Source: an uncultured Chloroflexia bacterium (lineage in GTDB: Bacteria; Chloroflexota; Limnocylindria; Limnocylindrales; CSP1-4). From it: a stretch of DNA of 64,000 nt. Positions 29,959 through 39,390 of the stretch are shown one piece after another. Position 1 is the stretch's first letter, and every line of letters starts with the position of its first letter. The stretch covers positions 128,001-192,000 of the forward strand of contig CAVVJT010000007.1 in the NCBI GenBank assembly GCA_963748625.1. Direction: 5' to 3'. Below the pieces are notes generated by a model. It was given only the letters and a program-made list of their open reading frames with translations. It was not told the origin of the DNA and ran no database searches. The position numbers and the translations under genes were made by a program.

Positions 29959-30510
29959 ATGACTGTTCTCGATCCCTCCCGGCTCAACCTCCACATGCCC
30001 GACATCGATCCGTCCGCTGCCGCAGAGTCCGCCCGGACATCGCTCGACCGTGTCGCCGAGCTCGCGCGCGATGCCGTCGCCGGGCTGGAGCTCGACCGGC
30101 ACGCGGACGACATCGGCCAGCGGGTTCGCGGCGTGGTCCAGACGACCGCGGTCCGGGCCGCCATCGCTCGCCTGGAGCGCGAGCTGCCGGAGGGCGAGCG
30201 CAACCGCTACAACCGCGCCTACCTCCGGGGCCGCACGCAGGCCCGCTCGATCTGGCTGACGGTGGGCATCGCGGCGGGTGTGAGCGTCGGCATCGCCGGG
30301 GCCCTGCTCCTGGACCCCAAGAACGGCAAGGCCCGGCGTGAGGCGCTCAAGGCCCGCGCACGCTCGCTCGCCGACCGCTCCACGACCACCATCCGTGACG
30401 CCGTCCGGCGCGACGGTGCGTTCACCCCGTCATCGGCCGCCGACGAGGAGCAGCCCGTCACGGTGACCGCGTCCGTCACGGAGGAGGGCTCGCCGGTCGA
30501 GGCCGGGTGA
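29959..30510 (+). CDS. Hypothetical membrane protein, YtxH-like C-terminal part
   Basis: GAAGGAG RBS; TM helix followed by LLDPKNGKARREAL. Confidence 0.6.
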   Translation: MTVLDPSRLNLHMPDIDPSAAAESARTSLDRVAELARDAVAGLELDRHADDIGQRVRGVVQTTAVRAAIARLERELPEGERNRYNRAYLRGRTQARSIWLTVGIAAGVSVGIAGALLLDPKNGKARREALKARARSLADRSTTTIRDAVRRDGAFTPSSAADEEQPVTVTASVTEEGSPVEAG

Positions 30511-31736
30511 TCCGGTCTGCCGTGGATCCCGCCCGTTCCGCGGACCGCCGCCTCTACCGCGACGGGGCGCTCGCCGACGGCCGCTCCGACCGGCTGGAGG
30601 TCGGCGTGTCAATCCTGTGCGAGGGTGGGCGGATCACCTGGATCCGCCCGTCCGATGACGAGGGCCCGGTCATCGATCCCGGCGGCGTGGAGGTCGTGGA
30701 CGCCTCCGGCTCCGCGATCGTGCCGGGCATGGTCGACGCCCACAGCCACCTCACGATGCCCGGGGGTGCGCACTGGATCGACCGCGGGTCGGACCCCACC
30801 GACACCCTGCTCGCCACGGCCGAGTCGAACGCCCGCCTGCTCACCGGCGCCGGGGTGCGCTGGGCGCGCGACGTGGGCTCGGTGACACGACGCGATCCCG
30901 ACGACGGGGGTCGCTCGCGAGCGGTCGCCATCCGGGTGCGCGACCGCTGGTCGGACCTGCCCGGCTACCCGCGCGTCAAGGCGGCCGGCACCTGGATCAT
31001 GCACCGCGGCCTCATGCCGGAGCTCTCCGTGCAGGCAGGCGACGGCGACGAGCTGCTTGGCGCGGCGATGACGCAGCTCGACGACGGCGCGGACATCGTG
31101 AAGCTCTACCTCGACGGCGCGGACCCGGCTGCCAGCCCCTGGACCCCTGCCGAGATCCGGCGCGTGGTGGACGCTGCGCATGCGCGGACGTGTCGCGTCA
31201 CCGCCCACAGCGGAACGGGGGCCGGGGCCCGGGCAGGGGCCGAAGCCGGCGTGGATGCGCTGGAGCACGGCTTCGAGCTCGATGCGGACACGGCCGCGAT
31301 CATGGTCGCCAACGGGGTGCGCCTGGTGTCGACATTGTCGGTGCTCGCATCGTGGCAGACGTTCGGGCGGACGACCCGGCTGCCGCGGTTCGCGTCCGAC
31401 GAGGGTCGCGCCCGGGTGGAGGCGCGCCGGGAGCGGGCGGTCGAGAGCATCCGCATCGCGCACTCGGCAGGCGTGTCCATCGCCACGGGGACCGACTTCG
31501 GCGGTGGCTCGACCCGCGCCAACCAGCTGGCGTGGGAGGTTGAGCAGCTGGTGACCGCCGGACTTGAGCCCTGGGAGGCACTTGGCTGCGCCACCTGGCG
31601 CGGCGGCGAGCTCCTGGGCGAGCCCGATGCCGGCGTCATCCGTGAGGGCGGACCGGCCGACCTGGTGCTCGTCCACGGTGACCCGCTGTCCGACCCGAGG
31701 GCCCTCTGGCGCGCCTGGCACAGCTCCTGGGCATGA
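30507..31736 (+). CDS. Amidohydrolase family protein
   Basis: VPGMVDAHSH, GADIVK, TAH, LEHG, GTDFG, ADLVLVHGDP. Confidence 0.9.
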   Translation: MIRSAVDPARSADRRLYRDGALADGRSDRLEVGVSILCEGGRITWIRPSDDEGPVIDPGGVEVVDASGSAIVPGMVDAHSHLTMPGGAHWIDRGSDPTDTLLATAESNARLLTGAGVRWARDVGSVTRRDPDDGGRSRAVAIRVRDRWSDLPGYPRVKAAGTWIMHRGLMPELSVQAGDGDELLGAAMTQLDDGADIVKLYLDGADPAASPWTPAEIRRVVDAAHARTCRVTAHSGTGAGARAGAEAGVDALEHGFELDADTAAIMVANGVRLVSTLSVLASWQTFGRTTRLPRFASDEGRARVEARRERAVESIRIAHSAGVSIATGTDFGGGSTRANQLAWEVEQLVTAGLEPWEALGCATWRGGELLGEPDAGVIREGGPADLVLVHGDPLSDPRALWRAWHSSWA

Positions 31737-31772
31737 GCCGCAGCTGAACCGGCGCCGGACCCTCGCGCCGGA

Positions 31773-31833
31773 GGCGGATCTCATCCGCATAGGGATGGTT
31801 TGGCGGATCCACCCACGGGGATAGGAATCCGGC
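31773..31833 (-). repeat. Dispersed REP/BIME-like element, copy D (arm only)
   Basis: Reverse complement ccggattcc...ccgccaaaccatccctatgcggatgagatccgc matches the right arm of copy A. Confidence 0.75.
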
Positions 31834-31940
31834 TGAAGGGTGCCGAGCCGTGCCCGCTGGGCCGCCGCGCGCCCAGGGGCCGTCGCGCCCGCCGCGCAGG
31901 CGCGTCACATGCGGCCGCCCCCAGTCGTTCTGGGACGGTG

Positions 31941-32951
31941 ATGCACCGCCTTCCGCTCGTCCTGCTTCTCGTTGCCGCACTGACCTCCCTCGCCGTGGTC
32001 GCGCAGTCGATCCTCCAAGCCCCGACCGGCCCCCTTCCGCTCGCGGGGGTCTTCGAGATCCACCTCCTGGCAGCGGCCACGATCCTCGCGCTGGTCGCGC
32101 TGCCATGGGCGCTCAGGGGTGGGCGCAGCCGCGCATGGGCGACCCTCGTGGTGGTGGCCGTGGTGGGCGTGACGATCGCGAGGGCCGGCGGGGAGCTCTT
32201 CTCGCTCCAGCCGGCTGCGGCGACAGATGGCGGCGCAACCACGCTCACCGTCCTCACCTGGAACCTGGAGATGGGGTCGAAGGCTGCGGGAGCAAGCGTC
32301 GAGGGGATCGCCGGGATGGACGCCGACGTGGTCGCGCTCCAGGAGCTCACGCAGGACGTCGCCGCGGCGATCGAAGCCGACGGAACGCTGGCGTCGAGGT
32401 ACCCGTACCGCATCCTCGAACCGCGGGAGGGCGTCGACGGGATGGGCATCCTCTCGCGCCTGCCACTGGCGGCCATCGACTCCCAGCAGGAGCCGCTCAT
32501 CCTGCGGGCCGGGTTGCAGCTCCCCGACGGGCGCACGATCGAGGTGCTCAACGTGCATCCGTACCCGCCCGGAATCTCACTTGTGCGCCGGTTCCCTGTG
32601 GGCCTCGACACGCGACGCCTGGACGAGGACCTGGCCATGGTCGCGTCCCGGGCCGACGGGGTCCCGGTTGGGGCGGTGCTCGTGGTGGGCGACCTCAACA
32701 CCACGCCGACGGAACCCGGGTTCGCCGCCCTGACCCAAGGCCTGACCGATGCTCACGCGTCCGTGGGGACCGGTCCGGGGTTCACGTGGCGACCCAGCTC
32801 GCTGGAGGGTCTAGGGGTCGGGTTCCTGCGCCTCGACCACGTCCTGGCCGGATCGATGCTGACGCCCGTGGCCGCGGTGACGGACTGCTCGATCCCCGGC
32901 GACCACTGCCGGCTCCTCGTCACGCTGCGGGTGGCAGACGCCGCCGACTGA
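31941..32951 (+). CDS. Endonuclease/exonuclease/phosphatase family membrane protein
   Basis: LTWNL, VALQE, VHPYPP, GDLN, RLDHVL, GDH. Confidence 0.88.
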   Translation: MHRLPLVLLLVAALTSLAVVAQSILQAPTGPLPLAGVFEIHLLAAATILALVALPWALRGGRSRAWATLVVVAVVGVTIARAGGELFSLQPAAATDGGATTLTVLTWNLEMGSKAAGASVEGIAGMDADVVALQELTQDVAAAIEADGTLASRYPYRILEPREGVDGMGILSRLPLAAIDSQQEPLILRAGLQLPDGRTIEVLNVHPYPPGISLVRRFPVGLDTRRLDEDLAMVASRADGVPVGAVLVVGDLNTTPTEPGFAALTQGLTDAHASVGTGPGFTWRPSSLEGLGVGFLRLDHVLAGSMLTPVAAVTDCSIPGDHCRLLVTLRVADAAD

Positions 32952-32994
32952 TCCGTTCGCGCCGGGGCGTGCCAGGCCTGCGCCCGCCCGCGAT

Positions 32995-33149
32995 TTCATC
33001 CCCACGCGCATGGATTCGGCCAACAACACCCGTGGGGATCAGATCCGCCCGGACCGTGCGGAGGTCACGCACCGCACCCCGGGTTCACCGTCCGAGCCCT
33101 GCACGGACTCCCCGGATTCCACTCCGCGGATTGTTGGCCAATTCGATCC
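32995..33149 (+). repeat. Dispersed REP/BIME-like element, copy B, truncated by the IS110 end
   Basis: Shares core with 12652-12772 and arms (ggattgttggcc.attcgatcc) with 58469-58650. Confidence 0.8.
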
Positions 33150-33151
33150 AA

Positions 33152-33540
33152 GCTCCTATAACGTCAAGGGGCAATCTGCGCGGGTTCCGCTCCAGCCAGC
33201 AGCGCCGCGAAGACGTGCCGGACGAGGTGCCGCTTGAGGCATCGCAGGGCCTCCCGGTACGACTTGCCCTCCTCGCGCTTGCGCGCCAGGTAGGCCCGCG
33301 CCCGCGGGTCGGACCTCGCCTGCCAGACCGCGATCGTCCAGAACGCCCGGTTGACCCGCCGGTTGCCGCGCCGGTTGTGCCGGACCCGGCTGGTCCGGCC
33401 CGAGCTGGCCGGCAGCGGGGCGATGCCCGCGAACATCGCGAAGGCGTCGTCGTCGCGGAACCGGGCCACGTCGCCCGCCTCGCCCCGGATGACCGCGGCG
33501 CTGATGATCCCGAGCCCCGGGATCGCGAGCAGCCTGAACG
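33152..33540 (-). mobile_element. IS110-family element remnant (C-terminal transposase domain plus right end)
   Basis: LLAIPGLGIISAAVIRGEAGDVARF...AGIAPLPASSG...RRGNRRVNRA...REALRCLKRHL; stop overlaps TTGAC followed by ATAGGAGC; N-terminal DEDD domain absent. Confidence 0.85.
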
Positions 33541-33573
33541 GAGCCCGGCTGGGACGGCCCGCGAGCGCCTGCC

Positions 33574-34407
33574 TCAGTCGACGAGGTCGATCGACTCCCC
33601 CGGGCTGAGGATCTGCACCGGCACGTCGGGTGCGAGCCGTGCTGCGGCATCCGCGAAGAGACGGCCCGGCCGCTCGAACGGCTTGGGGACCACGGACCGC
33701 AGCAGGGCCGGGTAGAACGTCCCCCAGTGGATGGGCACCGCCAGCTTCGGCCGGAGCAGCGCCGCCGCCTGGGCCGCGCGCTCCGGGTCCATGTGGCCAG
33801 GGCCGATGTTGGGACCCCAGCCCCAGACCGGGAGGAGGGCCACATCGAGCGTCCCCGCCATGTCGGCCATCGCCGGGAAGATGTCGGTGTCACCCGGGAA
33901 GTAGATGGTCTTCGAGCCCTCGATGACGCAGCCGATGGGCGGCCCTTCCGGCCCGAACGGCTCCCGGCGCCGTGAGTGCAGCGCCTCGGTGACGGTGAAG
34001 TGCACGCGGTCGATCGTGAGCCGGTCGCCGGGCTCCACCTCCTCCACCGGGCCCAGGTCGAACTTGCGGACCATGTCGCCGAACCCCTTGGGCACGATGA
34101 CCGTGGGTCGCCCGGGGATCTGGCGCAGGGACGGGATGTCGAGGTGGTCGTGGTGCCCGTGGCTGATGAACACGGCGTCGAGGTCGGCGAACAGCTCGGG
34201 GAGCACGGCCTGCACCTGGCGCCGAACCGGTCCCAGGCCGTCCCGCAGCACGGGGTCGGTCAGGATGCGCAGGTCGTCCACCTCGATCAGGAGGGTCGCA
34301 TGCCCGAGGAAGGTGAGACGGGCGCGCTCCGGCCCGGACGCCCTGGCGGGCGCGGCGGCGCGGACGGATCGCCACGTGGCATCGACGGCGGCGGGGCGGG
34401 GCGGCAT
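33574..34407 (-). CDS. MBL-fold metallo-hydrolase
   Basis: FLGHAT, LTDP, SHGHHDHLD, GDT, PIHWGT. Confidence 0.9.
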   Translation of the reverse strand: MPPRPAAVDATWRSVRAAAPARASGPERARLTFLGHATLLIEVDDLRILTDPVLRDGLGPVRRQVQAVLPELFADLDAVFISHGHHDHLDIPSLRQIPGRPTVIVPKGFGDMVRKFDLGPVEEVEPGDRLTIDRVHFTVTEALHSRRREPFGPEGPPIGCVIEGSKTIYFPGDTDIFPAMADMAGTLDVALLPVWGWGPNIGPGHMDPERAAQAAALLRPKLAVPIHWGTFYPALLRSVVPKPFERPGRLFADAAARLAPDVPVQILSPGESIDLVD

Positions 34408-34591
34408 GACGTCATGGTGCCGTAAAAGGTGGACGGCCGCCCGAGCAGACCACAATCCGCCGCCGCAACGTGAAACCTTGGACCGCAAACATGTATCAAA
34501 GGGGTGGGCCACACATAGCACTAACGGCCTCTTGTGTCCTGCGTCCTGACCACTGACGCTGTCGCCCAACGTCTGCCCGAGGTGTCCCCCG

Positions 34592-34867
34592 TTGCTCTCC
34601 CAGATGCTCGGACGCGATCGCGCCAAACGCGAGGCCCTCGTGTCCGGGCGCGTGGTGGCCGAGGCCTCCCGGTGCGTGGAGTGCGGGATCTGCGCCTACA
34701 ACTGCCCGCTGGGCATCGACGTGCGCAGCCACGCCCGCCAGGGCATCCCGGTGGCGGACAACCGCTGCCTCACGTGCGGTGAGTGCGTCGCCCGGTGTCC
34801 ACGCGGCACGCTTCGCTTCGAGACATCGGCGGTGTTCACGGGAGACCTCGAGGTCGTGGGCCGATGA
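34592..34867 (+). CDS. 2x[4Fe-4S] ferredoxin
   Basis: CVECGICAYNCP and CLTCGECVARCP. Confidence 0.9.
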   Translation: MLSQMLGRDRAKREALVSGRVVAEASRCVECGICAYNCPLGIDVRSHARQGIPVADNRCLTCGECVARCPRGTLRFETSAVFTGDLEVVGR

Positions 34868-36180
34868 GCGCCAGGTACGTGGTCGTGGGCAACGGCGCGG
34901 CCGGGGCATCAGCGGCATGGGCCCTCCGGGCCCGCGATCCCGAGGCCGACATCACCATCGTGGGCGACGAGAAGGTCCCGTTCTACTCGCGGCCCGGGCT
35001 CGCCTACATGCTGCTGGGCGTGATCCCGGACAAGCAGGTGTTCTCGCGTCCCGACAAGCGCTACCAGGAGGCCCGCATCAACCGGGTGACTGCCAGGGTG
35101 GCCGCGATCGAGCCCGCGCCCCACAGGCTGCTCACCGAGGACGGCAGGGTGCTCCGCTACGACCGTCTGCTGCTCGCACTGGGCGCCGGCGCCACCTTGC
35201 CCTCCATCCCCGGCATCGATCTCGAGGGCGTGGTCACGCTCGATGACTACGAGGGCACCAAGGAGATCATCAAGCTCGCCTCCAAGGCGAAGCGGGCCGT
35301 CGTCGTGGGTGGTGGCATCACCGCCCTCGAGCTCGCGGAGGGCCTGGTGGCCCGCGGTGTCGAGACGCACTACCTCATGCGCGGAGAGCGCTACTGGGCG
35401 AACGTGCTCGACCCGTCCGAGTCCGCCCTGGTCGAGGAGCACCTCGTCGCGGGCGGCATGCGGCTCCACAAGGGCGTGGAGCTCGCCGAGGTCATCGGGC
35501 GCAAGGGCAAGGTCAGCGGCGTCCTCACCAAGGACGGGCGCGAGATCGCCTGCGACATGGTCGGCGTGGCGATCGGCGTGCAGCCGCGCACGGGCCTCGC
35601 CTCCGCGATCGGCCTGCGGACCGGCCGCGGGATCTTCGTGTCGGAGTCGTTCGAGACCGACCTTCCGGACATCTACGCCGCGGGCGACTGTGCCGAGGTC
35701 TTCGACCCCGCGACCGGGAGGCGCTCCGTGGACGCGCTCTGGTCGATCGCCAACGAGCAGGGCCGCGTGGCCGCCGACAACATGGCGGGCCACCGCACCA
35801 CCTACCTGCGCCCTGCCCCGTTCAACGTGACCAAGATCGGGGGCATCACCACCACCGTCATCGGCGCGGTGGGCACCGGCGCCAAGGACGACGACCTCGT
35901 GTCGCTCTCGCGCGGCGACACCTTCGTCTGGCGCGAGCAGCTCGCCGACTTCACCACGGTCACCACGCACGGCACCAACCGCCTGCGCCTTGTCGTGGGC
36001 CATGACCGCATCGCCGGTGCGGTGGTCATGGGCGACCAGGCCCTCTCGCGCCGCCTCCAGCACATCGTGCGCGCACCAATCGACATCTCCCACGTCCGCG
36101 AGCACCTGCTCGACGGCTCCAACGACCTGCGCTCGGTCCTTGCGTCCCTGGCCGAGGGGAGCGCCATGGGTGTCACGTAA
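34864..36180 (+). CDS. NAD(P)H/FAD-dependent oxidoreductase (NirB N-terminal / rubredoxin reductase-like)
   Basis: GNGAAG (FAD), YSRPGL, GGGITALE (NAD), IYAAGDCAE; overlaps the ferredoxin stop. Confidence 0.9.
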   Translation: MSARYVVVGNGAAGASAAWALRARDPEADITIVGDEKVPFYSRPGLAYMLLGVIPDKQVFSRPDKRYQEARINRVTARVAAIEPAPHRLLTEDGRVLRYDRLLLALGAGATLPSIPGIDLEGVVTLDDYEGTKEIIKLASKAKRAVVVGGGITALELAEGLVARGVETHYLMRGERYWANVLDPSESALVEEHLVAGGMRLHKGVELAEVIGRKGKVSGVLTKDGREIACDMVGVAIGVQPRTGLASAIGLRTGRGIFVSESFETDLPDIYAAGDCAEVFDPATGRRSVDALWSIANEQGRVAADNMAGHRTTYLRPAPFNVTKIGGITTTVIGAVGTGAKDDDLVSLSRGDTFVWREQLADFTTVTTHGTNRLRLVVGHDRIAGAVVMGDQALSRRLQHIVRAPIDISHVREHLLDGSNDLRSVLASLAEGSAMGVT

Positions 36181-36844
36181 TCAGGAACTCGTCGCCGCGC
36201 TGATCACGGTCATCGTGGTCTCGGCGCTCTATATCGGCCTCTCGGCGTACTGGGGCGTGCCGCCCTCCTCTGGCCCCCTCGGCCACGGCATTGGCGTCAT
36301 CGGGTTCGGCCTGATGCTCCTGACCGAGGTCGGCTACTCGAGCCGCAAGCGCTCCACCGGCCGGCCCCGGGGCACGATGGCCTCGTGGCTGGGCTTCCAC
36401 ATCTACACGGGGATCGTGGGGCCGTATCTCGTGCTGCTGCACACCGCGTGGCACTTCAACGGCCTGGCCGGGCTGCTCACGCTGATGATGGCCATGGTCG
36501 TGATCTCCGGGTTCATCGGGCGCTACATCTACACCGCGGTGCCGCGGACTGCTGACGGCGCCATCCTCGAGGCGGCGGAGATCAGCCGGCTGCTCGACGA
36601 GGCCCGCGCCGAGGCCGAGGCCGCCCACGCCGCAGGAGCGACGCGCGACCAGGCCGCCCTCAAGCGCGAGAAGGCCGCCACGAAGCGCCTGCGCACGCTC
36701 GAGCGCCAGATGGCCTCGCTGCGCTGGGCACGGCGGGCGCTCGCGACCTGGCACACCCTCCACATCCCGCTCGGCATGGCCATGTTCGTGACCGCGTTCG
36801 CGCACATCGCCGGCGCCCTCTACTTCGCAACGCTCTCCTGGTGA
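36170..36844 (+). CDS. Putative diheme cytochrome b-like membrane protein
   Basis: About 5 TM helices; two His pairs 14 residues apart (FHIYTGIVGPYLVLLH and LHIPLGMAMFVTAFAH). Confidence 0.7.
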   Translation: MSRNQELVAALITVIVVSALYIGLSAYWGVPPSSGPLGHGIGVIGFGLMLLTEVGYSSRKRSTGRPRGTMASWLGFHIYTGIVGPYLVLLHTAWHFNGLAGLLTLMMAMVVISGFIGRYIYTAVPRTADGAILEAAEISRLLDEARAEAEAAHAAGATRDQAALKREKAATKRLRTLERQMASLRWARRALATWHTLHIPLGMAMFVTAFAHIAGALYFATLSW

Positions 36845-36848
36845 TGCC

Positions 36849-39065
36849 ATGACGATGCAGCGACGACCGTTCGGATGCCTCACCGGGATCGCCCTGGTGT
36901 TCGGCACGCTGACCGTGATCCTGCTCGTGGCGGCGGCCCTCGCGACCGCCAACGGCATCTTCGCGCCCGGTCCCCTCAACGCGGAGAAGGCGGAGACCGC
37001 CCTGCACGGGATCAGCTCCCACGCGGACCTCGCCGGCCGGTGCGACGCGTGCCACGCCCAGGCCTGGTCGGCTGAGCGGATGGCTGACAAGTGCCTCGCC
37101 TGCCATGAGAGCGTCGGTGACGAGCTTGCCGCCGGCACGGGCCTCCACGGCCGGTTCGCAACGTCAGGGCAGTGCCGCGGCTGCCACACGGAGCACGGCG
37201 GAACCACGGCCTCGCTCACGGTCGCGAACCCGGCCACCTTCCCGCACGCCAAGACCGGCTTCTGGCTGGATGCGCATCCCGTCGCCCAGCGGCTCGACGC
37301 GTTCACGTGCGCGGACTGCCACCAGGACTCGGTGAGCAAGTTCACGGCCTCCTCCTGCCAGACCTGCCACACCGAGGAGGACCCCGCCTACATGGCGGAG
37401 CACGTGGATGCGTTCGGCACCGGGTGTCGCAACTGCCACGATGGCATCGACACCTACGGCGCGGACTTCGCCCACGCGAGCTGGAAGCTCGAGGGCAAGC
37501 ACGCGGACACGTCGTGCGCGATGTGCCACGCGGGCGACACGACCATCCTCGAGCTCCAGGACACCTCGACCGCCTGCATCTCCTGCCATGCCAAGGAGGA
37601 CATCCACGAGCGGCGCCTGGGCTCGGACTGCGCCAGCTGCCACACGGCTGCCACGTGGGAGGAAGCGCCCGACGACTTCGACCATGACCAGACGACGTTC
37701 GCGCTCAAGGGCGGTCACACCGAGGTCGAGTGCCTCGGGTGCCACGTGGACCGGGCGTGGACCGGCATCGGGACGACCTGCGAGTCCTGCCACGCCGCGG
37801 ACGACCCGCACAACGGGCAGTTCGACCAGCCGTGCGCCTCGTGCCACACCGAGTCGGACTGGAAGGAGACGACGTTCGACCACGCGACGACGCGCTTTGC
37901 GCTGGTTGACGCGCATGCGAAGCCGGAGTGCTCCGCCTGCCATGCGGACGGGAAGTTCACGGGCACCCCGATGACCTGCTATGCCTGCCACAAGGCGGAT
38001 GACGAGCACAAGGGCAACGTCGGCAAGCAGTGCGAGGAGTGCCACGTCGCCACGACCTGGGCGGACACCACCTTCACCCACGCCCAGTCCGACTTCCACC
38101 TCACCGGCGCCCACACGGATGCGCTCTGCGTGAAGTGTCACGCGACGCTGACCGAGTACCGCGGCACACCCACCACGTGCTTCGCCTGCCACAAGGACGA
38201 CGATGAGCACAAGGGCGAGTTCGGGACGGACTGTGCCTCCTGCCACAACACCCGCGACTGGGACGACGTGACGTTCGACCATGCGAAGACCGACTTCCCG
38301 CTCACGGGTGCCCATCGCTCGGCGACGTGCTCCAAGTGCCACACGGACTCGACGTTCAAGAACACACCAACCTCGTGCGTGTCCTGCCACCGCGCCGACG
38401 ACGCCCACAACGGGTCGCTGGGCACGAACTGCGCGAAGTGCCACTCCACCCGGGCTTGGGAGCCGGCCACGTTCGACCACGCCACCACCGGTTTCAAGCT
38501 GACCGGCGCCCACGTGAGCACCACCTGCCGGAAGTGCCACACGAGCACGACCTACGCGAACGTCCCGAGCACCTGCTACGGCTGCCACAAGCAGGACGAC
38601 GAGCACAACGGCGGTTTCGGGACCAAGTGCAACGCCTGCCACACGACCCGCAGCTGGTCCGGGGCGACGGTTGATCACAGCAAGACGGACTTCCCGCTCA
38701 CGGGCGCCCACAAGTCCGTGAGCTGCGCGAAGTGCCACAAGAACAACGTGTACTCGGGCACGCCCACGGCCTGCAATGCCTGCCACAGCAAGCCGAGCAC
38801 GCACCAGCCGGATTCGTTCTCCGCCTGCAGGAGCTGCCACACAACCGGGGCGTGGAAGCCCGCCGACTTCAACCAGGCGCACTCGTTCCCGATGGGACAC
38901 CGCAACGCCGACGGCGTCTGCAGCAAATGCCACACGGGTTCGTGGGCGGTCTACACGTGCTCGCGGTGCCACTCGGACACGAAGATGAACGAGAAGCACA
39001 GGGAGGTCTCAGGCTTCTCGCTGAACACGTGTGCGAAGTGCCACCCCAAGGGCGAGGGAGACTGA
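36849..39065 (+). CDS. Membrane-anchored multiheme cytochrome c with 30 CxxCH motifs
   Basis: 30 CxxCH counted in 738 aa; repeating about 66-aa triheme unit FDH..T.F.L.G.H...CxxCH...CxxCH..DD.H....CxxCH...W; N-terminal TM/signal. Confidence 0.95.
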   Translation: MTMQRRPFGCLTGIALVFGTLTVILLVAAALATANGIFAPGPLNAEKAETALHGISSHADLAGRCDACHAQAWSAERMADKCLACHESVGDELAAGTGLHGRFATSGQCRGCHTEHGGTTASLTVANPATFPHAKTGFWLDAHPVAQRLDAFTCADCHQDSVSKFTASSCQTCHTEEDPAYMAEHVDAFGTGCRNCHDGIDTYGADFAHASWKLEGKHADTSCAMCHAGDTTILELQDTSTACISCHAKEDIHERRLGSDCASCHTAATWEEAPDDFDHDQTTFALKGGHTEVECLGCHVDRAWTGIGTTCESCHAADDPHNGQFDQPCASCHTESDWKETTFDHATTRFALVDAHAKPECSACHADGKFTGTPMTCYACHKADDEHKGNVGKQCEECHVATTWADTTFTHAQSDFHLTGAHTDALCVKCHATLTEYRGTPTTCFACHKDDDEHKGEFGTDCASCHNTRDWDDVTFDHAKTDFPLTGAHRSATCSKCHTDSTFKNTPTSCVSCHRADDAHNGSLGTNCAKCHSTRAWEPATFDHATTGFKLTGAHVSTTCRKCHTSTTYANVPSTCYGCHKQDDEHNGGFGTKCNACHTTRSWSGATVDHSKTDFPLTGAHKSVSCAKCHKNNVYSGTPTACNACHSKPSTHQPDSFSACRSCHTTGAWKPADFNQAHSFPMGHRNADGVCSKCHTGSWAVYTCSRCHSDTKMNEKHREVSGFSLNTCAKCHPKGEGD

Positions 39066-39070
39066 CCTCG

Positions 39071-39135
39071 GGCGGTGGCGCGCCCGCACTCTCGGCGGCG
39101 CAGCGCCCGCACTCGCGGCGGTGGCGCGCCCGCAC
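39071..39135. repeat. Short imperfect direct repeats downstream of the cytochrome gene
   Basis: ggcggtggcgcgcccgcac-like unit, three times. Confidence 0.5.
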
Positions 39136-39322
39136 GACTTGATCAGGCTCGCGCCGGGTGGGAGCCATCCGGCGCGACGTGCGCATACCACACCTGGGGT
39201 GCGCCAACGGACCCGACGCGGCCTTCGGACCGCCATACGCCCACCAGGCAGGAGCAAACGCATCTCCCGGCCCGGTGACATCCGCTACGTCCCACCTGGC
39301 GGGAGATTGGCAACGCGGGGGG

Positions 39323-39377
39323 TTGACATTCAGCATTCATCATGCATCCTAACGTTCAGCAATTGCTGAATGGTTAG
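39323..39377 (+). promoter_or_regulatory. Promoter with palindromic operator upstream of the HTH-MFS operon
   Basis: TTGACA at 39323; perfect palindrome ttcagcaattgctgaa 39355-39370, flanked by ctaac/gttag. Confidence 0.7.
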
Positions 39378-39390
39378 TGGAGCACAAACG

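Noticed and set aside
34410-34590. Riboswitch or FNR/Rex site upstream of the cytochrome operon
   Set aside because: Only half-sites (ATCAA, GTGAA) are visible; no full consensus or recognisable aptamer
34864-36180. Nitrite reductase NirB
   Set aside because: Only the flavoprotein domain is present; no BFD or siroheme domains
36849-39065. Repetitive DNA suggesting an array
   Set aside because: Repeats are degenerate codon-level copies of protein modules inside one ORF, not CRISPR
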